64,000 bases of DNA, taken from Octopus vulgaris (taxonomy: Eukaryota). Under the pieces are notes generated by a model. It worked only from the letters and a program-made list of their open reading frames with translations, was not told the DNA's origin and searched no databases. The stretch covers positions 130,448,001-130,512,000 of the forward strand of contig OX597819.1 of NCBI GenBank assembly GCA_951406725.2. Direction: 5' to 3'. Positions 52,158-64,000 of this stretch are shown piece by piece (position 1 is the first letter of the stretch; every line of letters begins with the position of its first letter). The position numbers were made by a program, and so were the translations under genes.

Positions 52158-52355
52158 TTGTACCCATAGCATTGCTTGACAACCGATGCTGGTGTGTTTA
52201 CGTCTCCGTCACTTAGCGGTTCGGCAAAACAGACCGATTGAATAAGTACTGGGCTTACAAAGAATAAGTCCCGGGGTCGATTTGCTCGACTAAAGGCGGT
52301 GCTCCAGCATGGCCGCAGTCAAATGACTGAAACAAGTAAAAGAGTAAAAGAGTAT
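51930..52355 (+). mobile_element. SINE family A, full length
   Basis: Matches 8209-8618. Confidence 0.92.
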
Positions 52356-52602
52356 ATTGCTTATTTATTTGTTTCACCTGATTCTCTTAACACTTGAGAA
52401 CATTCGTACAAATGACTGGAAATATGGCACCACGAATAAATGCTGCCTCGGGTCAGGTCATTCTGTTTGTTCGTTGCACTTTTTGACTCTTGGTTTTATG
52501 ACTCACCTATATACGCCCTGTCTAAGCAGTCCTATGATGAAAGACCACATAACTGTGATTCGTCCTTCTATTTTCAGGCAGTAAACTAGATTATGTAATT
52601 AT

Positions 52603-52755
52603 TACTTCAATGACTCTCTCAGAATTACTACACACTCCATGAATGGATTCACTGCATTCATTCATTTCCTAAACATTTCCTGCCAATCTTCAGAACTTAC
52701 CTCTATCATCTCTGATGGTTCCGTAACCTTCCTCGATATTGTTGTTACTATTAAG
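52603..52755 (+). pseudogene. Penelope-like reverse transcriptase fragment (degenerate)
   Basis: YFND(~YIDD)SLRITTHSMNGFTAFIHFLN...LTSIISDGSVTFLDIVVTIK. Confidence 0.55.
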
Positions 52756-53322
52756 ACCTGCTCCAAACTTCCAGTTTTTTTCATTATATTAATACTCATG
52801 CTTAACTAAATACAAACAAGTTCGCCATACCAACCTAAGCTCAAAATGAGAAGATTCAAAACAAATAGCACAAACTATCTTGTCCGACAGTCCAACAACA
52901 CTACGAATCCTATACACTACCTTGGACGATGAAATAAAGAACCATGGTACATTATTTTAATCGACGGAAGAATGAAAGGCGAAGCGAAATTGCGGCGGTG
53001 TTTGAACTCAGAACATAAACAGTTGGAATAAACACCGAAAAGAATTTTACTTTTCATCCACCGCTCTTTGGATACGCCAGGTGGTCACTCAATTTACGAG
53101 AAATAGCAGGCAAAGTCCTTCAAATCCCATTCAACAATCTTAAAAACAAGGGGACACATTTGATAACGTCGTCTACAATAAGAAAACAGAACGTTTTATT
53201 TATTTATTTATCGCTTCCTAACAGACCAGATATTGGCTTCAATTCTCCTCTCTCTCTCCTTTCCTTTCTCTCTCTCTCTCTCTCTTTCTTTCTCTCTCTT
53301 TCTTTCTGTCTGTCTGTCTGTT

Positions 53323-53376
<54 letters not shown>

Positions 53377-53930
53377 TCACACACACACACACACTGCAAA
53401 AGGGTAGACGTCCGAAACGTTGATTTTCTTTTTGGTTTTTTTCAATACTCATCGCAGATTAATTCACTTCAATTTCTTTCCATGAACGACTTTCTAGATG
53501 TTTCGACAGCAGTAAAATCTTTGATCACAGATCCATTGGATCAGCGACGACCCAACACCAGACAACAATAACAAAATCCACGTCAATGTTACCACTTTAC
53601 CGACAATTCCACCATCCTGCTTCTTCTATCAATAGCTGTTTAACACCGCGATCAAAATATTCATAAACACTCATAATGCGTAACATCAAACAGTTTCACA
53701 GCCATCTATTTACCCACAAATTATCTCGTCATATTTAATCGCTTACCACTCACCCAAATCTGATCTTAGGGAAGGGGTGGCGCCACTTGCTTTCTTTTTC
53801 TATTTTGTTTTATTTATTTATTCATTATTTTTTGCAGTCCCGGCATGTTTCCCGTGTCTCGTTACACATACATACATACATACATGCATGCATGCATGCA
53901 TACATATATATACATACATACATACATACA

Positions 53931-54034
<104 letters not shown>

Positions 54035-54051
54035 TATATATACACACACAT

Positions 54052-54112
<61 letters not shown>

Positions 54113-54118
54113 CACACA

Positions 54119-54160
<42 letters not shown>

Positions 54161-54234
54161 TATGTATTCCGTCGTGACTCTTCCGATTCTTTTATCTCCC
54201 GCTCGCTCCACTTTAGTTTAATGAGTCAACGAGG

Positions 54235-54445
54235 ATGCCTCCCACGAAGTCGTTCGAAATGCTAGAAACAGAAGCTAACAATTGCTCGTGTCACAACTTA
54301 CTGTGTATTAAAAGGATTCTTTGGATAATGCCGTCCGAGGCTCACCCTGCATAAAGGTAAAAAAATGACAGAATGGTCACGGCTGGAACGCCTTTGGTCA
54401 TTGGTCTACTCGACAAGGGTTGGCCTTGGGCTAAACAACAACACC
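54235..54445 (+). mobile_element. Old dispersed repeat family C (also at about 2870-3000, 22000-22090, 29260-29360, 41925-42075, 45205-45390 and 46030-46140)
   Basis: Recurring degenerate motifs gctagaaatagcagccaaa, ggtcacggctgga, tttgatca and gacctggggctaaacaaca. Confidence 0.55.
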
Positions 54446-54510
54446 TAGAAAATAATTTTAACTCCACTTACACCCCTATCGTGCAATCGCTGTCGTTCTC
54501 TTTCACGGCT

Positions 54511-54617
<107 letters not shown>

Positions 54618-55025
54618 ACACACATACACACACAACACACACAGAGACACACATACACACACATACACACACACACACAACACACACGCACTCACACACA
54701 CATACACCTCTTACCTCATTATGTAGTCTTTACTCTTCCTTTCTCTCCCGTCCCTTTCAAGCTGTGCCATCATACTCACACACACACACACACACACATA
54801 CATATACATATATATACATACGTTCCTTTAGTCTTCCCTTGCTTTCTCCCCCCTCTTTTACTCTCACTATTTCCCCCCTTTACGCCCTCCTTTTCTTTCT
54901 CCCCCCTCTAGCCTTCTCTCTCCTTCCTTCGCTTCTTCCTCTCCTTCCTTCCTTCTCTTATTCCAGCTGTCGTTCATAGATTTATTCTTTATTTCTCAAT
55001 TCACCTCAACCCTCTCTCATTCAAT

Positions 55026-55063
<38 letters not shown>

Positions 55064-55635
55064 TCCTCCTCCCCCTTCTCTCTCATTCTCTCTCAACCTT
55101 GCACAAGCCTGTCACTCGTGCCTTGCTCTTTGCTCTAGCCCCAGCCCCCTAAACCCAGCACAGTCTATTTTTTTATCCCTTCATTCTTCTACACATGTCA
55201 CTACCCACCTCCCTTCATTACCTAATAAAAAAAAAACCCTTACAGATAACCATATGCTAAGCGGATCCCCATCTCGACTCTAAGCAATACAGCCCCACTT
55301 CTCCTCTCCTACATGACAACTTGCCGTCAACGAGCGTGTCACGGCCAAAAAGAAAATAATCACAACCCAATTCTGTAAAGAAGGGTGTTGGGGTGCGGTG
55401 TGAGTGTTTGTCTGCGGAATGGTTAATTGTGAAAAGCCCACATTAAAGTGTTGACAAACCTTCCAAATCGGCAGGATCGTAAAGAAATGATAATTATTAT
55501 TTTTATTATTGTAATGATAATGATAATAATAAATAATTGGTTTTTGTTTGCTTGGGATATTTTTTCTGGCCACAAGGACGAAGAAGTAAAAAACAACAAA
55601 AACAAAGACTACAACAACAATAATAATAACAATAA

Positions 55636-56215
55636 TCTTTTCTAGTGGAAGCACAAGGCCTCGCATTTGTGGGGGAGGGGACTAGTCGATTAGAGCGACT
55701 CCAGTGCGTAACTGGTACTTAATTTATCGACTCCGAAAGGATGAAAGAGAAGGTCGACCTCGGCGGAATTTGAACTCAGAACGTAGCGGTAGACGAAATA
55801 CCTATTTCTTTACTACGCACAAGGGGCTAAACACAGACGGGACAAACAAGGACAGACAAAGGGATTAAGTCGATTTTATCGACCCCAGTGCGTAACTGGT
55901 ACTTAATTTATCGACCCCGAAAGGATGAAAGGCAAAGTCGACCTCGGCGGAATTTGAACTCAGAACGTAACGCAGACGAAATACCGCTAAGCATTTCGCC
56001 CGGTGTACTACAATAATAATGATAATCCATTCTACTATAGGTACAAGGCTTGGAATCTGTAGGGATGGGGTTAGTTGATTAAATTGACCTCAGTACTTGA
56101 CTGGTTCTTAATTTATCAACCCCGAAATGATGAAAGACAAAGTCGACCTCCGCGGAATTTAAACTGGGAACGTAAGCGGCAGACGAAATACTGCTAAGCA
56201 TTTTGCCCGGCGTGC

Positions 56216-56218
<3 letters not shown>
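55636..56218 (-). mobile_element. SINE family B cluster (about 3 units)
   Basis: Tandem reverse-complement units, two with the alternative tail. Confidence 0.85.
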
Positions 56219-56266
<48 letters not shown>

Positions 56267-56267
<1 letters not shown>

Positions 56268-56646
56268 TAGCAGTATCGCCCGGCGTTGCTCAGGTTTGTA
56301 AGGAAATAACTATAAAGCATTTTTAGAGAGTTATAGCCAAAAAATAGCAAAAAAATGGAAAAAAAATGATGGTAAATTTTTTTTGAGATTTAAAAAGGTG
56401 GAGTTGCGTCCCCTAGACAGCTTGTGGTTCGTGTTTCTGATTCTCGACCCCATGTCGAATTTATCGATTTTTTCAGAACTGGGGGAACTTTTCAAAAATT
56501 TCGCTGCGTTAGTTTTGAATTATGACATTGGGCTATGTGTGTGTCAAGTTTCATCAGATTCGGTTGACAGCCGTGGTCAGGGTGAGGGTACAAGCAAACA
56601 GACACACAGAAACACACACAGACAAACTGCCGTTTATATATAGAGA

Positions 56647-56648
<2 letters not shown>
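56267..56648 (-). mobile_element. Non-autonomous Helitron-like element (copy 2)
   Basis: Near-identical to 36-420, with the same TC/CTAG ends. Confidence 0.75.
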
Positions 56649-56695
<47 letters not shown>

Positions 56696-57211
56696 GTGAT
56701 GATGATGGTGATGATGATGATGAAGATGATGATGATGATGATGATGATCATGATTGTGTGAAAGGGACCCACAGGACGTTAGAGAGAGTGCAAAAGCAAA
56801 ATACAAAAGAAAATAATACAGAACAATCAGTAGGGGATTTCCGTGGAATAAGGAGAGGGTGAAATCAATAAAACAATTAAAACATTTCGTAAATCGCCAA
56901 CAATGAATCGCTGTAACAGTATTCGAAGAACAGCACCAATGCCAATAATTGTTATTATTTCTGATTTTGACTCGAGACTAGTGATTTTAGTAGGAGAAGT
57001 GGATTACATTGACCCCAGTACACAACTGGTATTTATTTTAACGACCCTAAAAGGATGCAAGGCACAGTCGATCTGAGCGGAATGTAAAACCGGAAGATGT
57101 GCCGTAAGGAATTTTGTGCTAACGATTTTGCCAATTCGCTACCCTTTCAATAATAATCTTTTCTACTGGGCATAAGGGGTGAAATGTTGGGGGAGAGGAA
57201 GAGTCGATAAC

Positions 57212-57900
57212 AGTAGAGATATGTTTCTTCACTACAATTCAGCGCTTCCACTCGGTGCCAAAATAGGATTCGCCATAAATGAACTTACACGCACCCAGAG
57301 CAAGTGCAGCAGGATAGAGGACAAGGTGACCCACACCACACGCTTCCTAGAGGTACTGAAACCGAACGGGTACCCTATATCCACTGTAAATCGGCTAAAG
57401 TACCCAAGACAACAAACACGCCGAACACACAGATAACACAGCAACATATGCTTCCTTAAAAGACCCCATTTTAACGAGAGGATAACTACAGCCAACCAAA
57501 GAGCCATAAGAAGAGACGAATTAGACATACAACTAGCCCACACTGGCCCCTCTCTAAGAAGACACCTAGCAAAGAAACGAGCGTGGAACAGCAAATCAAT
57601 GCACACTAGCAAACTGTCCCATTCATGACACAGATTTATGCCAACGGGTAAAGGTTGTGTATAGAATACAATGTAACAAATGCAACAGGTTCTATGTGGG
57701 TAGCACAACAAGACCGTTACACATTCGCATCAACGAACATCTAAACACGCGAGCCTACTCCTTCAGAAAACATCTAGACAGATGCCGGAGCACGAACAAA
57801 AGTTTAACAGTTACAATTGAGGCCAATGACAGAAATTTGGGAAATCTAAGAATTAAGGAAGCTATCCTCCATAGACAGACTAGGGTCCCAAATTAACAAC
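57212..57900 (+). pseudogene. Penelope-like element RT-thumb plus GIY-YIG endonuclease, frameshifted
   Basis: FLHYNSALP...LKPNGYP (thumb) and YRIQCNKCNRFYVGSTTRPLHIRINEH...LRIKEAIL (GIY-YIG). Confidence 0.85.
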
Positions 57901-58389
57901 AGGATGGAAATTAGCAATCAATATATTATTTATCTACATCTGAATGCATGTAAGTTCATTTCTGGGAACATGCTCATGTATTATGAAAAGAAAAAAAATG
58001 CACATGTAATATATAACTTAAAAGGAGTGCTGCACTTTTCACGCACTTCTCGTGAGGAAATGCGGAAGGAGCTTCGTGAGACCACTGCAGAGTCGCTTCC
58101 GAAAAGAAAAATTCAGTAAACGTTGGAAAACCGATCATAGCAGTGACCCGATCAATTCCCAGCAATATTTGAAGAAGGAATTTTTATATTACGAAATATC
58201 ATATCAGACTATAATTAAATTATAATAGTTATTATAAATCCACTCTGCATTGTTGTGCCATTCAAGACAAGTTATATTTCACACACGCATACACATACAC
58301 ACACAGAGATCCACACACACACATACACAACATGTATGTATATGTGTGTGTGTATGCGTATGTGTGAGAGTATGTTTGTTTGTGTGTGT

Positions 58390-58595
58390 GTGTGTGTGTG
58401 TCAGTGTTTGTCCCCCCTAACACCATCGCTTCACAATCGATGTTGGTGTGTTTACATCCACATAAATTAGTGGTTCGACCAAAGAGACCGATAGAATAAG
58501 TACTAGACTTACAAATAATAAGTCCTGGGCTCGATTTGCTCGACTAAAGGTGGTGCTCCACCATGGCCGAAGTCAAATGACTGAAACAAGGAAAA
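58390..58595 (+). mobile_element. SINE family A 3' half
   Basis: Matches the family A 3' half. Confidence 0.8.
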
Positions 58596-58647
58596 AAATG
58601 TATGTATGCATATACTATATATATATATATATATATACATACACACA

Positions 58648-58685
<38 letters not shown>

Positions 58686-58867
58686 TATATGTATGTATAT
58701 ATGTACATATATGTAAATAACTTTGTGTATGTAATATATCTATCTATATATATATATATACACACACATTATATGTACGTATATATGTAAATAAATTTGT
58801 GTATGTAATATATATATATATATGCACACATTATATGTATGTATATATGTAAATAAATTTGTGTATG

Positions 58868-58912
<45 letters not shown>

Positions 58913-59357
58913 TATGTGTGTGTGTTTCCGTCCGTGTGTGTGTGTGCGCGCACATAAAAGACTAATTCAGAATCTATTAATTTATTTGAAACGTAGTAAA
59001 CAAAAATTATTATAGAGAGGAGAATTAAAATAATGAAAAAACTACAATACCTACTACATACATACAATACCTACATACAATACCTACTATTATACATACA
59101 CACCTGCATTCGACTAAAACATATCAAAAAACATTCTATATTTGCATAAACTGTTGTCGCTTATGTGTATAACTGCTTCTACCATTAACTGTTGTCAATA
59201 CTTATGGTTTAATAATAGATTATAACATAGGTACAGAGTTAGAAATTTGACGGGACGGGTTGACTGATATTTATTTTAGAGCAATCTCGAAGGAATGAAA
59301 GCCAAAGCTGTCCAGCGCTGATTTGAAATTAGAACCTAAGGGGTTGTGTAATTAAAT

Positions 59358-59765
59358 ACTCCTTTACTTGTTTCAGTCATTTGACTTCGGCCATGCTGGA
59401 GCACCGCTTTTAGTCGATCAAATCGACCCCAGGACTTATTCTTTGGAAGCCTAGTACTTATTCCATCGGTCTGTTTTGCCGAATTGCTAAGTTACTGGGA
59501 CTTAAACACACCAGCATCGGTTGTCAAGCGATGCTGGAGGGACAAACACAGACACACAAACATATACACACACATACATATATACATATATATATATATA
59601 CGACAGGCTTCTTTCAGTTTCCGTCAACCAAATCCACTCACAAGGCGTTGGTCGGCCCGCGGCTATAGTAGAAGACACTTGCCCAAGGTGCCACGCAGTG
59701 GGACTGAACCCGGAACCATGTGGTTGGTAAGCAAGCTACTTACCACACAGCTACTCCTACGCCTA
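59358..59765 (-). mobile_element. SINE family A, full length
   Basis: Reverse complement of family A. Confidence 0.9.
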
Positions 59766-59865
59766 CTGTAAAGCATTTTATCATAAGTACTCAATTTCCA
59801 GCGCAGACGAACACACACTCATGCACTCAAACATACCCACACATGCACCTACATGCGCGCACACA

Positions 59866-59941
<76 letters not shown>

Positions 59942-60634
59942 TGCATTAAAATATATCTGCAAAGGCAAAATCAAATCACTAACACAGAAACTAACAGCAG
60001 TTCTTTTTTAAAAGAACTAATCTTTTAAAGACTGCTCAGCCCCCTTTTCTGCCGCAGTATTCGATTCTGGGGCAGTTAGTCTTTTGTATGTTGTTTGATC
60101 TGCAGTCATTTTCTTTCAGTAGTTCAAAGTGTAATGATTATTTAGGTGCAGGCGTGGCTCTGTGGTAAGAAGCTTGCTTCCCAACAACATGGTGCTGTGT
60201 TCAGTCCCACTGGTTGGCACCTTGAGCAAGAGTCTTCTACTATAGCCTGTCGTATATATATTTTCCTATATGTCTCCGATGACGGAATATCCCATAGTCT
60301 GAGAGAAGTGGATTACATGCTGACCCTGGTTTCTTACCGAGATGTTGTTATGGGTTGGATAAAGCCGTGGAAGCTTCGTCAGAGCAGAGGTTGCCCTCCA
60401 TAGATGACGTGGCATTCTTCAGCAGTAGCCCTTGTCATCTCGACTAAACAGGCCACTTCTTGTCTAATATAAGCAGGGAAATGACAGTGGGAGGATGCAG
60501 GTTGTTTGTGTTGGTGGGTTTCACGCAACCAGACATCAGGCAGCAAATGTTGTTCAACACTGGGTTGAACTACGAGTATAGTTCCATCACTACACCATCC
60601 AAACACTTCAAACGCCAATCCTTTTAATAATATG

Positions 60635-60917
60635 TTTCTTTATTAGCCACACAGGGCTGCACACAGACGGGACAGATTACAAAGTAGAGCTTTTCTTTTT
60701 GGGGGAGAAAAAGATAAAGTGAGGTAGGTTTTCAATCAAAAGGGATCGTAAAAGGGAAAGAAAAAAAAGGAATAAAAAAAGAAAAGGAAAGAAAAAAAAG
60801 ACGATCAATAGGGATCGTGTATCACAAAAATGTCATGATGTAAAGTGTAAAAGGGGAAGCAGATAAGATTTATCCGTGGAAAGAAAAGCCTACAGAAAAG
60901 ACCACGGTAACCTAGGT
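60635..60917 (-). mobile_element. 5'-truncated retroelement 3' UTR with 19-bp target-site duplication (probable partner of SINE B)
   Basis: Direct repeat caatccttttaataatatg at 60616-60634 and 60918-60936. The minus strand is pyrimidine-rich and ends ...gtggctAATAAAgaaa. Confidence 0.75.
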
Positions 60918-61014
60918 CAATCCTTTTAATAATATGCAATCACGGAAAGTAGATATTAAATAAATAACGTGCATATCAACTGTAAAACAGATGAACGTTT
61001 TATAAGTATGTAGG

Positions 61015-61153
61015 CACGATTATGGCTCTTTGGTTAAAAAAAAGTTCGCTTTACAGTTCCTTGGGTAACTTTCTTCTACGATAATCCCATACTGACCAAT
61101 GCTTTGGAAGTGACTTTCGTAGTCGAAACAGTGTAGTCGTGTGTGTGTGTATG

Positions 61154-61190
<37 letters not shown>

Positions 61191-61470
61191 GTATTCGTGT
61201 GTGTGCGTGTATGTGTGTGCATGTGTGTGTGTACGTGTGTGTGTGTGTGTGTGCGTCTGTGTGTGAGAGAGAGAAAAAGAGAGAAAGAGAGTATGCGCAT
61301 GTCCTTGTGTTTCTCCCCACATTGCTTGACATCTATTGGCTCGTTAACGACCCCACCTCCATAACATAGCGGTTTGGCAAAAGATATAGATAAAATAAGT
61401 ACCTGATTTAAAAAGGATAAGCACTGGGGGCGATTTGTCCGACTAAACCTCTCAAGGTGGTGCCCCATCT
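61015..61470 (+). mobile_element. SINE family A-related, degenerate
   Basis: Residual head, middle and aaggtggtgcccca tail. Confidence 0.6.
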
Positions 61471-61923
61471 TGCCGTCATTCCTTTAACGGATAATACATA
61501 CATGCATATGTTTGTGTGGATATATAACAAACAGAAAGGGAGCAGAACTAGACCCCTAAACTCAAAGCAGCCACAATCTGCATTTATAGACTATAAAGCT
61601 ACATTTATCACGTAAATCAGGCATTAGGTTATTAGAAAAAAACATTATTGGTTCGTTTACTTAAATCTAAGTTTATGAAATTCTCTTAATCTAATGGAGC
61701 ATTTCACGGTCATAGTAGACATCTTCATTCTAGGGATCTCTTGTGAAATCTCTTCTTCAACGAGTTTTCATCCCAAAAGAAGCTTCTAATAAGGCAATCT
61801 TACCTACACAACAAAAGAGTTAAAAACGGGTGTCGAAGAGAAGAAAGGCTTCTTGTGCCTGGATAATTGCTTGTCTTCCTAAAACATCTTTTTCCCAGGA
61901 TGCATATAAGTGTGCAGATGTAT

Positions 61924-62341
61924 ACTCTTACTCTTTACTCTTTTACTTGTTTCAGTCATTTGACTGCGGCCATGCTGGAGCACCGCCTTTAATAGAGCAA
62001 CTCGACCCCGGAACTTATTCTTTTGTAAGCCCAGGACTTATTCTATCGGTCTATTTTGCCGAACCGCTAAGTGACGGGGACATAAACACACCAGCATCGG
62101 TTGTCAAGCAATGCTGTGGGAACAAACACAGACGCACAAACACACACACGCATACATATATATATATACATATATACGACGGGATTCTTTCAGTTTCCGT
62201 CTACCAAATCCACTCACAAGGCTTTGGTCGGCCCGAGGCTATAGCAGAAGACACTTGCCCAAGGTGCCACGCAGTGGGACTGAACCCGGAACCATGTGGT
62301 TGGTAGACAGGCTACTTACCACACAGCCACTCCTGCGCCTA
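61924..62341 (-). mobile_element. SINE family A, full length
   Basis: Reverse complement of family A. Confidence 0.9.
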
Positions 62342-62509
62342 CGTATGAGTAACATTGGCGGAGACCCTACATGGAGTCCAGTCTTTATAGATTGTAATGT
62401 AAAAGAGGGGACAAAGGCCACGAACCAAGTTACATATATTAAAGTAATTAAGGTAATTTTAGACATATATCAGGTTATTGAAATAAGAAAAAAAAATCAA
62501 TGATAAAGA

Positions 62510-62790
62510 CGTCTGGGGAGAGTCATTTTCTTTTTGTGCCTTGTAATGTAACACACTCACCGGTAAAATTTCCCCCTTTTTCTTATTTTTATTGTCCTAA
62601 CATTTTCGTTGCGTCTTGCAACCTTTTCAATTTTATATTTTAGGAGAATGAAAATAAGAAAAACGTGGAAATTTTACCGGTGAGTGTGTTACATAACAAG
62701 GCACAAAAAGAAAATGATTCTCCCCAGACACAATAGAATATGCTTCAACACACGAACTCATATAAAGATTCTTGCAAACCAAATCCAAAA
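62510..62790. mobile_element. PLE-type terminus with inverted duplication and U3-A8 hammerhead-like motif
   Basis: About 63-bp arms at 62511-62573 and 62667-62729 with 2 mismatches. Minus strand 62598-62632 reads TTGAAAA-g-GTTGC-aagac-GCAAC-GAAA. Confidence 0.6.
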
Positions 62791-63349
62791 ACAAAATGAT
62801 AAAGATACTTGCTACGTATTATCTTTACACAATATGAAGAGACGTTATGATTCACGTCTCCACAAACAATACTCATTATATCAATTTTCTTCGCCGCTGT
62901 AGGTGTTAGCTTTTTACACATTTTAAAGTTGTATGGTGCAATCTTGGTTTTTAGGCCTCAAACAGGGGTTTAAAAAGAATTAGTGTTTCTTCTGATTATA
63001 TATAATTTTGAAAGGACTAGCTCTCGGGTTGATGCAATTCCTGGTAGAGTTGTTAGTGATTAATTTACATTGGTAAGGAATGTTATAGTTATAAAGTTAG
63101 AATTGAGTGGAAAACAAGACGACTGGTAAAAATTGTAATTATTATTAGGCGTAGTCGAAGTGTTTAGATAAGTTTAGCGACACTGCAGGTTTGGAGTCAT
63201 GGAATAAGAAATCTTTACAGTACTCCTATTGAATATGTTACATTCATGTTGTACGAACTGTTTCTTGAGATGAGAAAATTAAAATTTTACTATGGAGCAT
63301 TTACTTCTAAAAGGGTAGATTTATATCAGCAGATGTTGCATTTTCTATT

Positions 63350-63905
63350 CCTACAGGTGCCGGTATTCATCCCCACATCCTTGAACAGGGCCTTAGGCGC
63401 AATTCAAACAGCTGCTGTATATGAAGCTGCTGGAGATTGTAATCAAATCCTGATTAGGAAACGTTGCTGCTGGAAAGCCTTATGTGTGGCAAAAAGGTTC
63501 AGCTCTTTGCGTACCACCGGAGAAAGTCAGAAGTGACTGTCGGAGAATTTCTACAACTTCACCAGCCCCAATTCTTGGCCTGCTAATTTCGCCGATTATA
63601 ATACCATGGATCCCTATGTGTAGAGCACGGTTGAAAAAAACATCAATCATTCCACTTAAGATATCAAGGCTTATCTGTTGACCAAAATCAACGAGGTGTG
63701 CAATGATCTACGTGAGGACAAAGTGAGGAACGGATGCATCTGGTTCTGGAGCCATCTTGAGGCCGTGATGGAAGTTGGGAGCCGCTATTTTGAGTAAACT
63801 GTTTTCCCTCAGCCATAATCTAGTTGATATTTTTTTTTATTTTTGGATGGGATATTCTATTTCCGTTTCCTTTTCTGCAGTTGTCAAATTTAGCCCGAAT
63901 ACTCT
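63350..63905 (+). mobile_element. Tc1/mariner-superfamily (DD37D/maT-like) transposase 3' fragment with probable TIR remnant
   Basis: VAAGKPYVWQKGSA(~QQDSAP), SPNSWPANFAD.N.MD.YV(~WPPNSPD.NP.DY.VW) and SHLEAVMEVGSRYFE* motifs. Confidence 0.75.
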
Positions 63906-64000
63906 ACAGTGTTCAACAGTGGCAAAAAATATGTATTTGAAGTTCTCTCGTTTATTTACATGCTGTATTGCAAACTGTCAGATACACGAACTGACGCCTT

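Noticed and set aside
60300-60615. RTE-like RGCPP*MTW remnant
   Set aside because: Too degenerate to call without a homology search.

Overview
Repeat-saturated, AT-rich animal genomic DNA with no confidently identifiable host protein-coding gene. The microsatellite load and SINE repertoire strongly suggest an octopus (cephalopod) genome, which is an inference from pattern recognition. Most ORFs in the supplied track are microsatellite or SINE artefacts. The window holds about 20 copies of one tRNA-headed SINE (family A), about 12 loci of a second, often tandem tRNA-headed SINE (family B), CR1-, RTE- and L1/Tx1-like LINE fragments, several mariner/Tc1/pogo DNA transposons (one full-length 1.28 kb mariner), two non-autonomous Helitrons and a tRNA-Leu pseudogene. 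It also holds many Penelope-like element (PLE) remnants whose termini carry hammerhead-ribozyme (HHR) motifs. Main points of interest: (1) a repeat present twice (about 1.7 kb and 40.8 kb) has all three hammerhead strands with exact stem I, stem III and core, but in reversed, non-circularly-permuted order, implying a pseudoknotted or trans-assembled hammerhead; (2) several minimal HHR variants occur, including compensatory U3-A8 cores; (3) a tRNA-like Pol III head lies just upstream of a PLE hammerhead; (4) both SINE families share their 3' tails with LINE-type 3' ends present in this same window.
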